A DNA stretch of 60,817 nucleotides, counting the filler. It is 8 parts of 8 records of this genome, joined end to end, with 100 filler letters (N's around TTAATTAATTAA, not from the genome) between each part and the next. Parts side by side here need not be neighbours in the genome. Positions count along the whole stretch, not along the records: positions 15,903 to 20,986 come from SRR31147125_22432; positions 21,087 to 28,792 come from SRR31147125_22457; positions 28,893 to 37,717 come from SRR31147125_22465; 5 more parts are not named here. One strand, written 5' to 3'. The notes beneath the pieces are model-generated. The model saw only the letters and a program-made list of their open reading frames with translations, was not told the origin of the DNA and made no database searches. Positions 20,169 through 30,967 of the stretch are shown here, in pieces. The position numbers and the translations under genes are program-made. The number at the start of each line of letters is the position of its first letter. Position 1 is the stretch's first letter.

Positions 20169-20986
20169 ATGTACGATATTTTAGAATTGAACAAAAAGCT
20201 AGTTCCTGAGCTTAAGGAAATAGCTAAGGAGCTAAAGATCAAACGTGTTGAGTCGTATAAAAAACAAGACTTAATTTATAAGATTTTAGATACTCAGGCT
20301 ATTATAGAAGCAGAAAAGAAGCAACCAAAATCTGCAACGAAAGAAAATAAAGAAGAAAAAGGTGGCATTTTAGGACTTATTAAGAAAGCCCCTGAAGCCC
20401 AACAACCTAAACAGGAAGAGCCCACTAGAAAAGGGAAACGTCCTCGCCAGAGGGTAGAAACCGTAAAACGTGAAAAAGTTGGTTCAGGCCCAAAAAAGAA
20501 AGCACAACAAGCAAAAGAAAACGAACAAAATGTTCAATCACGTCAAGACCAAATAAAAGCAATTATAAAAGGCTTTAACCGGGAAAAATCGCCGGAAGAA
20601 GTAGCTGCTGACACTGCCGCTGCTGCAAAAGAAACGGCAGCCAAAGAGCCTACTCCTGTGAAAAAACAGGAAGCAGCACCACAACCTCAGCAAAAAATAC
20701 AGCCTAAAAAAGAAGAGAAGCCTCAAAAAGAAAAATTTAAAGCAGTACCTGTAAAAGAAGGGGCAAAACCTCAGGCTCCTCAACAAAATCAGCGACAAGA
20801 TAACAGACAAGGCGGCGGTCAACACAGACAACAAAATCAAACTCAGAACAGTGGACGTCAGAAGCCACGCCAGTATGAATTTGAAGGAATTATAACAAAT
20901 ACAGGTGTTTTAGAAATTTTACAAGATGGATACGGATTCTTACGTTCATCCGATTTTAATTACCTGAATTCACCTGATGATATTTA
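20169..20986 (+). CDS. rho: Transcription termination factor Rho with long low-complexity N-terminal insertion (3'-truncated)
   Basis: Rho_N 'MYDILEL...ELKEIAKEL...[10 protein letters not shown]'; RNA-binding domain '[27 protein letters not shown]'. Confidence 0.93.
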
Positions 20987-21086
20987 NNNNNNNNNNNNNN
21001 NNNNNNNNNNNNNNNNNNNNNNNNNNNNNNTTAATTAATTAANNNNNNNNNNNNNNNNNNNNNNNNNNNNNNNNNNNNNNNNNNNN
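20987..21086. other. Artificial contig linker
   Basis: N44-TTAATTAATTAA-N44. Confidence 0.98.
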
Positions 21087-22144
21087 AAAAAGTTGAGCAT
21101 AACAATTAACCATGTAAATGTGTTTATTGTAAAATCTTCACCTAACCACAATATTATAAACGAATCTCCCAGAGAATAAAAGCCTATGGTTACCACACCG
21201 TATAGCCAAAACATTAATAATGAATATATTTGATATGCTTTATATTTATTCTTTTCGTTTTCTACCGTTACAAAGTTGCCTAGAGAACCTAAAATGGAAC
21301 TAATGGTAATACTAAAAACTTTTTTGATGTTTACTATCATCAAATTGTAATTTGTCATAAGTCCAACAGATGTAATATTTACAAAAGAAGATATTATTAT
21401 ATAATCCGTTTGATTGATAACAGCATGAGCAATTCTGTGCAAAAATAAAGCTTTTATTTTCTTAACAATCGTTTTCAAATAGTCTTTATTTAAAGACTCT
21501 ACATTTTTTTCCCGTAAATATGGGTACAATTTGTTCATATACACATTAAGCACTACATTCTTTATCACTTGTGAAAGTGTACTAATTATCAAGTATATAA
21601 GATAATTTTTAAATATTATCAATACTAGAATATTTATAATATTTAAAGCAACACTAAAGATTGTATCAAATTTCGTACCAATATATTGTTTCTGGTAAGC
21701 AATCAAAAGAGATCGCTTGTATGATGAGAAATAGGAAGCAACTGTACTTGTTAAGAATAAAATATAATATATGCTTAACATTTCGATATGACTATCAGTT
21801 TTTACAATTTTATCTAGAAACGGAACAACTAAAAGACCTGCAACTGCTATAATTAATGCGATGTATCGATACATCCTTTTATATAGACGCATTATTGATT
21901 TGATTTTTTCTGTTTCATTATATGCTACAGGATTGTACAATGTAAACGTCATAGCAGAACCGACACCAAGCTCGGCTAGTGACAGTACACCTAATACATT
22001 AGCAAATAATCCACTAACACCTAAATACTCTATACCTAGGTACTTTATAAAAATACTTCTGGATACAAATGAGAATATCAGAATAATAATTTGACCTACA
22101 TATCCATACATCATATTTCTTGTTATGTTTTTTACTCTTGACAA
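21087..22144 (-). CDS. wzx: Polysaccharide flippase (Wzx/MOP family), 3'-truncated
   Basis: 'FVSRSIFIKYLGIEYLGVSGLFANVLGVLSLAELGVGSAMTFTLY', 'NQTDYIIIS'; polytopic. Confidence 0.85.
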
Positions 22145-22162
22145 AGACTTTACCTTTTTTAT

Positions 22163-23374
22163 CTACTCTGATATCTTTACTAATACTTCTTGTATGATTT
22201 CAAGATATTTTGTAGAGTTACTTTCAAATGAATATTTTTCTATTGTTAAATCACTAATTCTTGCTCTAGTTTCATTGGTTACTGAATAGTTTGCAATTTC
22301 TTCTATTCTATCCAAAAACTTTTCTTTTTTATATTCTACTAATCCGTAGTTTATTTCTTCTATAAATGGATTATAAAGCTTTAATGCTTTGGTATATATT
22401 ACTGGCAGCCCCGTTGCAAGGTATTCACCTGTCTTAGCAGTTGGTGCTACATAATTAAAAGTATAGATATCACGTAGGACAAAACCAATATCTGCGGCCA
22501 TTAAGTAATTGGCTACTTCTGTATTAGGAACAGAGGTTATAAGGCAATCCTGCTCATCAATGCCATGACTTTTAATTTTGTCTTTTGCCAAATCTTGCTG
22601 GTACTTATGAACTAAAAGAATTAAAAAGGTGTTGTTCTTTATTTCTTTTACTTTCTTAAATATGCTTAAGTTTGTATCTATATTCTGCCATGGGTACACA
22701 ATGTCGCCGCAGTAGATAAACACTTTTTTATCTTCAATGCATAGCTTTTTACGCATTTTACTTCTTATATTTTCATCAAAATAGAATTTTCCCTTTGAAA
22801 ACGTAGGAATAGCATAGGTTATCTTATTGTTTAAAACAGGATATCTCATCTTAAGCAACGTTACCATACTCTTTGTTCCTGCAATAGTCAAATCTGATAA
22901 TTGAAAAATATCTTTATTTAATTGATATTTTTCCTCAAGCGAACCCAATTGATAGGATGAATCATAAGAAGCAATATATTTATGTTCGGATACTACATCA
23001 CCTTCACATTCATACACCAAGGTAATATGCGGGAATATCTTTTTAATATATTTAAGTGTATTATACTCAACTTTACGTACAATCAATACTATATTTTTAT
23101 AAAACATCTTATTTATTAGTACTTTAATAGATAGCAGGAATATTTCTATAAACCTATAACTAGCATAAAAATTAATCTTGAGATTCCTAATATTATATTT
23201 CTTTTTTAATATTCTATATGTTTTTAAGTTTCTTATGTAGGTATTAATGGGTACATAAGATAATATCTCAATATCGTAACCATTCCTGGCTATTTCTATA
23301 CAATATCCAACATATATATTAAAATGATTTAGTGAAGGTTGGTTAAATAAATAAAATATCTTATTTGTTTTCAA
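22163..23374 (-). CDS. GT4-like glycosyltransferase
   Basis: 'YLMAADIGFVLRD...NYVAPTAKTGEYLATGLPVI'. Confidence 0.8.
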   Translation of the reverse strand: MKTNKIFYLFNQPSLNHFNIYVGYCIEIARNGYDIEILSYVPINTYIRNLKTYRILKKKYNIRNLKINFYASYRFIEIFLLSIKVLINKMFYKNIVLIVRKVEYNTLKYIKKIFPHITLVYECEGDVVSEHKYIASYDSSYQLGSLEEKYQLNKDIFQLSDLTIAGTKSMVTLLKMRYPVLNNKITYAIPTFSKGKFYFDENIRSKMRKKLCIEDKKVFIYCGDIVYPWQNIDTNLSIFKKVKEIKNNTFLILLVHKYQQDLAKDKIKSHGIDEQDCLITSVPNTEVANYLMAADIGFVLRDIYTFNYVAPTAKTGEYLATGLPVIYTKALKLYNPFIEEINYGLVEYKKEKFLDRIEEIANYSVTNETRARISDLTIEKYSFESNSTKYLEIIQEVLVKISE

Positions 23375-23404
23375 TCAGCTAATCCTCGCTATGCAATATA
23401 TTTA

Positions 23405-24691
23405 TTATATATCTTTTCCTTCGTCAGACAATGTTTCATACACTTTTAATAGACAACTATAGTTTTTATCTATATCATATGCTTCTTCTGCTCTTCTTCT
23501 GCCATTTCTTGATAAACTGAGTGCGACATTATCTGATTTAAATATTTCATTAACATAATGTGCCATCATATATGGTGCATCATACTGGTAGATCAACCCG
23601 TCCTTTTGGTGAGTTACCATGCTGGAAACGCCGCCAACTAATGAAGCTACAACTGGTACTCCTAGTGCCATGGCTTCAGCTACTGTATTAGGGGAGTTTT
23701 CCATAGCAGAAGCTGAAATATATACATGACTGTTTAAAAATCTTTTTAACATCTCAGTTTCATTTAAGCGACCAAGAAATGTTACATTATTTTCTAAACC
23801 ATATTTACGAATTAAATTATATATATGCTTTCCATAACTATTTATTTTAATCGTTTCCCAAAAAGTAAGATTAGGTTTATATGTATAAGTACTTACAATA
23901 TATAATTGTGCTTGAGGAAATTTTTGAAGTATTATAGGCAATGCTTCCAATACATAGTGCAGCCCCTTGACAGGAGTGCTATAACTGCTGACAAATATAG
24001 AATGCTTTTCACAGTTATTTAATTCCCACTTTTGCTGATAAAACAATTCTCTAAGTATTAGATTACATTTATAGTACTTTACTAGAGGATTTATAGATTT
24101 AACGCTAGCTAAATCCCAATCTGTCCTGCCTATTATATTTTTTGTTTTTCTTATAGATTCAAGTTCATATTTCCCTGCAAGTTCATATAATCGTTTTCCT
24201 CTTTTTATTCCATTTCTAAAGTACATATCATTAAGGCTAGTGCTCCAAATAACTCTTAAGGGTAATGATGCATAATAATTTTTTGCGATAAAGTGCTTAA
24301 TTCCTTGTATTTCCACTACTGCCTTGTCAAGCAAATTATTTTCTTCACACGCTTTAAGCATGGCTAGCGTTCTGGGAAACTCTGTACCCCAGATATGAAT
24401 ACAATCAAAGCTATCCTCTTTTAATACCTTATTAAAAATGCCTTCATATGCCTTGTCGTAATTACAATCATTTTTTTTGCTGTGCGGTATTTGGAATATA
24501 GTTACACTATCAATTTTTTTAGTCTGCACAGTCTTTATATTACTCTGAGGATATATTACACTTAACTTATGTCCATCTTTAACTAATTTACGTGATAAAA
24601 CATCCAGCCAGCCGCCGCCAACTGTCACTTGTTTTTGCAATGCCTCTGAAATCATAGGCAATTCAATATTACACATCCATAATAAGTTCAT
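23405..24691 (-). CDS. GT4 glycosyltransferase (tandem copy 1)
   Basis: 'IHIWGTE', 'KGLH', 'ENSPNTVAEAMALGVPVV'; a GGAG RBS favours the ATG at 24691. Confidence 0.88.
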   Translation of the reverse strand: MNLLWMCNIELPMISEALQKQVTVGGGWLDVLSRKLVKDGHKLSVIYPQSNIKTVQTKKIDSVTIFQIPHSKKNDCNYDKAYEGIFNKVLKEDSFDCIHIWGTEFPRTLAMLKACEENNLLDKAVVEIQGIKHFIAKNYYASLPLRVIWSTSLNDMYFRNGIKRGKRLYELAGKYELESIRKTKNIIGRTDWDLASVKSINPLVKYYKCNLILRELFYQQKWELNNCEKHSIFVSSYSTPVKGLHYVLEALPIILQKFPQAQLYIVSTYTYKPNLTFWETIKINSYGKHIYNLIRKYGLENNVTFLGRLNETEMLKRFLNSHVYISASAMENSPNTVAEAMALGVPVVASLVGGVSSMVTHQKDGLIYQYDAPYMMAHYVNEIFKSDNVALSLSRNGRRRAEEAYDIDKNYSCLLKVYETLSDEGKDI

Positions 24692-24753
24692 TTTTTTCTC
24701 CATTGCATTTAATATATTACTAAATGAGTCTCTAGAGCTATTTAACTTTGTGT

Positions 24754-24789
24754 ATTATACCACATTTAAAAACTACTGGAAACCTGATC
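24754..24789 (-). promoter_or_regulatory. Extended -10 promoter element, duplicated with the GT gene
   Basis: Minus strand ...AAATGTGGTATAAT; 30/36 identical to 26218-26253. Confidence 0.6.
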
Positions 24790-24873
24790 CCAATATAAGC
24801 TATATTTATTAAGGGAGATTGCACCCAGTTTTTATATCGTTATTGTCACTGTTTTCCATTGCAAATTATATTT

Positions 24874-26154
24874 TTATTTGCTTCCGCCAGATAGCGTTTG
24901 ATATGCATTTAATAAACAACTATAATTTTTATCTATATCATGGGTTTCTTTAGCTCTTTTTCTAGCATTTTTTGATAAGCTGCATGCTAAATCATCCGAC
25001 TTAAATATCTCTTTAACATAGTGTGCCATCATATATGGTGCATCATACTGATAGAGCAAGCCTTCCTTTTTATGAGTCACCATACTGGAAACGCCTCCTA
25101 CTAAAGAAGATACGACTGGTACTCCTAATGCCATTGCTTCAGCTACTGTATTAGGAGAGTTTTCCATAGAAGAAGCGCATACATAAACATGACTATTTAA
25201 AAATCTTTTAAACATCTCAGCCTCTTTTAGATGTCCAAGGAATGTAATATTTTTCTCTAGATTAAGTTTGTTAACTAAATTATATATATGCTTTCCATAG
25301 CCATTAAGTTTAAGCATACCCTTAAAAGAATAATCAGAATTATTTTTATATGCACCCACAACATACAAATGTGTTTGAGGAAATTCTTGTAGTATTGTAG
25401 GCAATGCTTCCAGCACATAGTGCAGACCCTTTAAGGGGGTAGCATAGGTGCTTACAAATATTGAATGCTTTTCACAATTATTTAATTCCCATTTTTGCTG
25501 GTAAAATGACCTTCTGAGTATACGATTGCATTTATAATATTTTACCGAAGGATTTATGGATTTAACGCAGGCTAAGTCCCAATCGGTTCTGCCCATTATA
25601 TTTTTTGTTCTTTTTATTGATTCAAGTTCATATCTTCCAGCAAGCTCGTGCTTGCGTTTTGCTTTCCTTACGCTGTTTTGGAAATATATATCGTGCAGCC
25701 TGTTGCGCAGAATAACTCTCATAGGTAGTGAAGCATAATAATTCTTAGCAATAAAATGCCTGATTCCTTGTATTTCTAATATTGCTTTATCTAATAAACC
25801 AACCTCTTCACAAGCTTTAAGCATGGCTAACGATCTAGGAAACTCACACCCCCATATATGAATGCAGTCAAAATCATTATCTTTTAAGATTTCGCAAAAC
25901 ATACTCTCATATGACTTGTCATAATGCATATTGTTTTTTCTAGTATGAGGAATTTGATATATATATACTTTGCCTACTTTTTTAGTCTGTACACCTTTAA
26001 CATTTTTAACTGGATATATTATATGCAGGTTATGCTCATCTTCTGCAACTTTTCGTGACAAGATATCCATCCAGCCACCACTAAATATTACTTCCTTTTG
26101 AAGTGCCTCTGAAATCATCGGCAATTCAATATTGCACATCCATAATAAATTCAT
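24874..26154 (-). CDS. GT4 glycosyltransferase (tandem copy 2)
   Basis: Collinear paralogue of 23405-24691; GGAG RBS before the ATG at 26154. Confidence 0.88.
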   Translation of the reverse strand: MNLLWMCNIELPMISEALQKEVIFSGGWMDILSRKVAEDEHNLHIIYPVKNVKGVQTKKVGKVYIYQIPHTRKNNMHYDKSYESMFCEILKDNDFDCIHIWGCEFPRSLAMLKACEEVGLLDKAILEIQGIRHFIAKNYYASLPMRVILRNRLHDIYFQNSVRKAKRKHELAGRYELESIKRTKNIMGRTDWDLACVKSINPSVKYYKCNRILRRSFYQQKWELNNCEKHSIFVSTYATPLKGLHYVLEALPTILQEFPQTHLYVVGAYKNNSDYSFKGMLKLNGYGKHIYNLVNKLNLEKNITFLGHLKEAEMFKRFLNSHVYVCASSMENSPNTVAEAMALGVPVVSSLVGGVSSMVTHKKEGLLYQYDAPYMMAHYVKEIFKSDDLACSLSKNARKRAKETHDIDKNYSCLLNAYQTLSGGSK

Positions 26155-26217
26155 TCTTTTCTCCATCACATCTAATATATAATTTAATGCATTTGCAAGA
26201 TTTGTCAATCGCTACAC

Positions 26218-26253
26218 ATTATATCACATTTGAAAACAACTGAAAACCCTATC
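26218..26253 (-). promoter_or_regulatory. Extended -10 promoter element, second copy
   Basis: Minus strand ...AAATGTGATATAAT. Confidence 0.6.
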
Positions 26254-26280
26254 ATTAGCCGTTAAATACATTTGGCTTAA

Positions 26281-27255
26281 TTACAAATTCTCTCTATACC
26301 ACTCAATTGCAGCCTGAATTCCTCTCTCGAAACTCCAACTTGGATCATAACCAATCATCTCTTTTGCTTTGCTTATGGCAGCATTACTATGCTTAATATC
26401 TCCTGCTCTATCATAATCGAAATTCGGCTCTATATCTTTGCCGAGTGAACTGCATAAAGCATTGTAAACATCTATTAAATATTCTCTTCCACCGTAAGCA
26501 ATATTATAGGCTTCGCCTGCTGCTTCATGAGATGCTTTGCATGCTTTTAAATTTGCTTCAATCACGTTTTCAATGTAAGTAAAGTCTCGGCTCTGCTTTC
26601 CATCTCCGTTAATTGTTGGCTGTTCATCGTTAAGCAATTGCTTTAGGAATTTTGGTATTACTGCTGCATATGCTCCGTGAGGATCCTGTCTTCTGCCAAA
26701 AACATTAAAATATCTTAGACCATATGTATCTAGTCCATATAGTTTTGTATACTGCTTCGCGTACTCTTCATCTACCATTTTTGTTAGGGCATAAGGCGAA
26801 AGTATATTTCCTTCTCTTCCCTCTTTTTTGGGGAGATTTGGTTCGTCTCCATAAACAGATGAACTTGATGCATAAACAAATTTCTTAACATTATTCTGTC
26901 TTGCAGCTTCCAGCATATTTAATGTACCTTTGATGTTAATTTCTTCATACAGCAAAGGCATCTTTATACTTCTGGGAACGCTGCCCCAAGCTGCTTGATG
27001 CAGAACATAATCAACACCATCACAAGCTTTCATGCAAGTATCCAAATCCCTTATGTCGCCTTTGATAAATGTATAGTTAGGGTTATCTATAAAAAGATTG
27101 ACATTGGATTGCTTTCCGATTGAAATATCATCTAAACATTTCACTGTATAGCCCATATCCAATAAAGCTTCACAAAGATTTGAGCCAATAAAACCAGCTC
27201 CGCCTGTTACTAAAAATACAGCATCTTTTTCAAATGTTACGTCCTTGTATCCCAC
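26281..27255 (-). CDS. UDP-GlcNAc(A) C4-epimerase (WbpP/TviC-like SDR)
   Basis: 'TGGAGFIGSN', 'HQAAWGSVPRSI', 'YASSSSVYGD', 'YALTK', 'LRYFNVFGRRQDP'. Confidence 0.9.
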   Translation of the reverse strand: MGYKDVTFEKDAVFLVTGGAGFIGSNLCEALLDMGYTVKCLDDISIGKQSNVNLFIDNPNYTFIKGDIRDLDTCMKACDGVDYVLHQAAWGSVPRSIKMPLLYEEINIKGTLNMLEAARQNNVKKFVYASSSSVYGDEPNLPKKEGREGNILSPYALTKMVDEEYAKQYTKLYGLDTYGLRYFNVFGRRQDPHGAYAAVIPKFLKQLLNDEQPTINGDGKQSRDFTYIENVIEANLKACKASHEAAGEAYNIAYGGREYLIDVYNALCSSLGKDIEPNFDYDRAGDIKHSNAAISKAKEMIGYDPSWSFERGIQAAIEWYRENL

Positions 27256-27275
27256 GTATAATTACCATCCTTATC

Positions 27276-28595
27276 TTATAGTCTCCAGTATCTGTATCCT
27301 GCTGTTTCGTATTCTTTTCTAGCGAGTATTCCCTTGATGTCTAAAAGAACCTTGTTAGAGTTTGCAACGTCTTTGAATAATCTATCTATATGGTCTTTTT
27401 GCATATTCAAAAACTCATCATGCCCAACAGCGATTATAACAGCGTCCATTTCTTTAATATCTTTTAAATTATTAAACTCTATATCGTATTCATGCTTAGC
27501 TTCCTCAGCATCTGCTTGAGGATCAGCAATCATTGGTGTTAACCCATATTCTTTTAGCTCATTTACTATATCAATAACTCTTGTGTTTCTGGTATCAGGG
27601 CAGTTTTCCTTAAATGTAAAACCTAATATACCTACCTTTGCTGTTTTAACTGGAACGTCAGCCTTTATGAGCAGCTTTACCAAGTTTTCCACAACATACT
27701 TACCCATGTCATCATTGATTCTTCTGCCTGAAAGAATAATCTGCGAATGGTATCCTAACTGTTCTGCTTTATACGTTAGGTAATATGGGTCTACGCCTAT
27801 ACAATGCCCCCCTACTAGGCCAGGAAAGAAATTCAGGAAATTCCACTTGGTTCCTGCTGCCTTTAGTACAGCCTTTGTATCAATTCCCATCTTGTTAAAT
27901 ATTATGGAAAGCTCGTTCATAAATGCAATATTTATATCGCGCTGTGAGTTTTCAATTACTTTTGCAGCTTCAGCAACTTTAATAGATTCTGCTTTGTGAA
28001 CGCCTGCATCAACAACCATCTCATATACTTTAGCAATAATATCAAGAGATTCATCATCCATGCCTGAAACTACTTTAATAATAGTTTCTAGTCTATGCAC
28101 TTTATCCCCTGGATTAATCCTTTCTGGTGAATAACCTACTTTGAAATCTTTGCCGCACTTTAATCCCGATTCTTTTTCTAAAATTGGAATACATATATCC
28201 TCAGTTACTCCTGGATAAACAGTAGATTCAAATACCACAATTGAACCTTTTGTCAAGTTTCTTCCTACTGTTTTGCTAGCAGATTCCACAGGGCTGAGAT
28301 TGGGTGTGTGATCACCATTAACAGGCGTTGGAACAGCGACAATATGAAATTTTGCATCCTTTAGTTTTGTTTCATCTGCAGTAAATTGTACTGTTGTATT
28401 TTTAATAACATCATCCCCAACCTCTTTTGTTGGGTCTATACCTTTATTATACAAATCTATCTTCTCTGTGCTTATATCAAACCCAATTACTTCTGCCTTT
28501 TTAGCAAAAGCTACTGCAATAGGCATGCCTACATATCCAAGACCTACTAAAGAAATCTTTTCTTCTTTATTTTTGATTTTTTCAAATAAGTTCAT
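27276..28595 (-). CDS. UDP-N-acetylhexosamine dehydrogenase (WbpO/TviB-like)
   Basis: 'GLGYVG', 'ESTVYPG', 'SPERINPGD', 'KVIENSQRDINIA', 'GGHCIGVDPYY'. Confidence 0.92.
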   Translation of the reverse strand: MNLFEKIKNKEEKISLVGLGYVGMPIAVAFAKKAEVIGFDISTEKIDLYNKGIDPTKEVGDDVIKNTTVQFTADETKLKDAKFHIVAVPTPVNGDHTPNLSPVESASKTVGRNLTKGSIVVFESTVYPGVTEDICIPILEKESGLKCGKDFKVGYSPERINPGDKVHRLETIIKVVSGMDDESLDIIAKVYEMVVDAGVHKAESIKVAEAAKVIENSQRDINIAFMNELSIIFNKMGIDTKAVLKAAGTKWNFLNFFPGLVGGHCIGVDPYYLTYKAEQLGYHSQIILSGRRINDDMGKYVVENLVKLLIKADVPVKTAKVGILGFTFKENCPDTRNTRVIDIVNELKEYGLTPMIADPQADAEEAKHEYDIEFNNLKDIKEMDAVIIAVGHDEFLNMQKDHIDRLFKDVANSNKVLLDIKGILARKEYETAGYRYWRL

Positions 28596-28792
28596 TTGCT
28601 TTCCTCTCTTTTTAAGAACTACGTGAAAGTATAGTATTGTATTTGTTTTCTATCTTACAACAATAATTCTTTCCTCAAATATATTATCAAATATTTTACT
28701 ATTTATCAATTCATTTCGTAAACTGCCAAAAGTAATTGCATAAAAAACATGAAAGTGTTTAAGGGGTTGTTGAATAATATTATTTTTCAACA

Positions 28793-28892
28793 NNNNNNNN
28801 NNNNNNNNNNNNNNNNNNNNNNNNNNNNNNNNNNNNTTAATTAATTAANNNNNNNNNNNNNNNNNNNNNNNNNNNNNNNNNNNNNNNNNNNN
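28793..28892. other. Artificial contig linker
   Basis: N44-TTAATTAATTAA-N44. Confidence 0.98.
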
Positions 28893-29608
28893 TTTACTGG
28901 CAAAAGATGAGGTGTAAACGAAACATCAATTTTTTCGCCAGCAGCTTTTGAAACTTCTTGTTCAATTTCTGATGTATGTCTATGTCCTGCAAGACCATAA
29001 GCTTTAAAGTTATCTTGCTGTTCACAATAACTAAAAGGCAAAGCCTCTTTTCTACCAGCACCACTTACGCCTGATTTAGCATCAATAATGATGTTCTTCT
29101 TACTAATCAACTTAGATTCAAGCAATGGATACAATGGAAGAATCGAACATGTTGTGTAGCAACCAGGGTTAGAAACATAACGAGCCTTTTTTATATCATT
29201 TTCATATATTTCGCTTAATCCATAAACAAACTGATCGTTAAGTTCTTTATGATTATGCTTCATATTATACCAGCTTTCGTACACAGATGTGTCGTCGTAT
29301 CTAAAATCACCACTTAGGTCTATTATTTTAATATCATATTTAACAATCTCAGATATTAAATCTGCTGATGCACCATGCGGTAAGCATAAAAAAGCAACAT
29401 CGCTATCTTGGCACATGGTTTTAATATCCAATGCTTCTAATATAAAGTCATTGTTTCCATAATAGTTTTTATATACTTCACTTAGCTTTTTCCCACTATA
29501 TGTTTTTGAATATAAGTGTTTAATAATTACCTTTTCGTGTCCTAAAGCTAATCTTAAAATCTCTTGCCCAGCGTATCCTGTGCAACCAATTATACTAATT
29601 TTTATCAT
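28893..29608 (-). CDS. argC: N-acetyl-gamma-glutamyl-phosphate reductase (3'-truncated)
   Basis: 'GCTGYAG', 'LPHG', 'DLSGDFR', 'NPGCY', 'SGVSGAGR', 'HRH', 'FTPHL'. Confidence 0.95.
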
Positions 29609-29630
29609 TTTCTTAACCATCCAATCTTAG

Positions 29631-29668
29631 TGTTTATAATTATACATGTTAATGCATAAAAATGCAAT
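29631..29668. promoter_or_regulatory. Tandem ARG boxes (ArgR/AhrC operators)
   Basis: Two 18-bp imperfect palindromes, TGTTTATAATTATACATG and AATGCATAAAAATGCAAT, 2 bp apart and directly upstream of argC. Confidence 0.8.
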
Positions 29669-29827
29669 AATTATTTTTCTTTTTAAGAATAAGTATTATG
29701 TTTTTTGCTAAAAACAATATTAGTAAAACTATATTAGCAAATAAAATCACATTGGATATGCATAAAATCCATCAAATCAATATGCTAGTGTTTTTTTATA
29801 TAGAATCATAATTTTTAGGGGAAAATA

Positions 29828-30967
29828 ATGAAAAAAACAATACTAATTATTATCATCTGTTTGCTCTTGGCAGCAAGCTGGGTGCTGCTTTTTGTAGTAG
29901 GAAAAGATTCAAAGACGGTTTCTGTATATGAAACAAAACACATGGATTTGAAAAATTCTATTGAACTTTCGGGCAAAGTTGTATCTCGAAACATATATAC
30001 AATTTCTACAAGCGCAAGCGGACAGGTTATTAATATTAACTGTGCAAATGGAGATATGGTTTCCAAAGACGATACTTTGATTGAACTTGAAAACGATACT
30101 TTAACTTCTGAGCTTAAAAAAGCAAAATTAGAATTTGAAAATTTAGAAAAATCAATTAGGCAAAATGCCTTATTAACAAACTCGTCAAATTCAATGACGC
30201 TTCAGCAGGAAAAAAGCATTGCTCTTGCTCAAACAGCTGGTATTGGTTTTTCTACACTTAATAATTCGTTTGAAAATGATAGCGATATTTTTGCTATACA
30301 AACATCAAATGACTTTATGGATCAAAGCATAAAAAATAATGAAATTGAAATAGCAAAGCTTTCAATAAACGCATTACAAAAAAGTATTGATAGTCTAACA
30401 ATAAAATCCCCAATTGCAGGTAAAATAACATCGCTCAATTGTTCAAATGGTCAATATCTTACAAACTTTTTTCCTGCCATTATAATTGCTGATGTTTCTG
30501 ACTTATATATAGAAGCAATAGCATTCGAAAATGATGCAAATAAACTTGAAGAAAATATTGAAACCATCATCACAACTAGTAAGGGCAACGAAATGAATGG
30601 TCAAATAGAAAAGGTTGGGAGCTTATCTAGCGTTGATTCACAAGACTATCAGACAAATAATGTTGTTGCAAAGATTGATGTTTTACCCCATTATCCTTTA
30701 GAACTGACATTAGGATCGACTGTGGATTTAGATATTATTTTAGACAGCAGACAAAATGTGTTGGCAGTTCCTGTTGACTGTATAATTGATGATTCTTTTG
30801 TTTATATAGTAGAAAGTGGACGTGCAAACAAAAAGAAGATTAAAACTGGATTTACAGATGGATATTATATTGAGGTGATTTCTGGCTTGTCAAAAAACGA
30901 TAACATAATCTTTGACCCTACCAATATAGAGGATAAAGAAAAGGTAAGCATTGATGATAAGAATTAG
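29828..30967 (+). CDS. Efflux membrane-fusion/adaptor protein (MacA/YknX-like)
   Basis: N-terminal TM, lipoyl-like halves ('SGQV...NGDMV', 'IKSPIAGKI'), helical hairpin, 'IEVISGL'. Confidence 0.85.
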   Translation: MKKTILIIIICLLLAASWVLLFVVGKDSKTVSVYETKHMDLKNSIELSGKVVSRNIYTISTSASGQVININCANGDMVSKDDTLIELENDTLTSELKKAKLEFENLEKSIRQNALLTNSSNSMTLQQEKSIALAQTAGIGFSTLNNSFENDSDIFAIQTSNDFMDQSIKNNEIEIAKLSINALQKSIDSLTIKSPIAGKITSLNCSNGQYLTNFFPAIIIADVSDLYIEAIAFENDANKLEENIETIITTSKGNEMNGQIEKVGSLSSVDSQDYQTNNVVAKIDVLPHYPLELTLGSTVDLDIILDSRQNVLAVPVDCIIDDSFVYIVESGRANKKKIKTGFTDGYYIEVISGLSKNDNIIFDPTNIEDKEKVSIDDKN

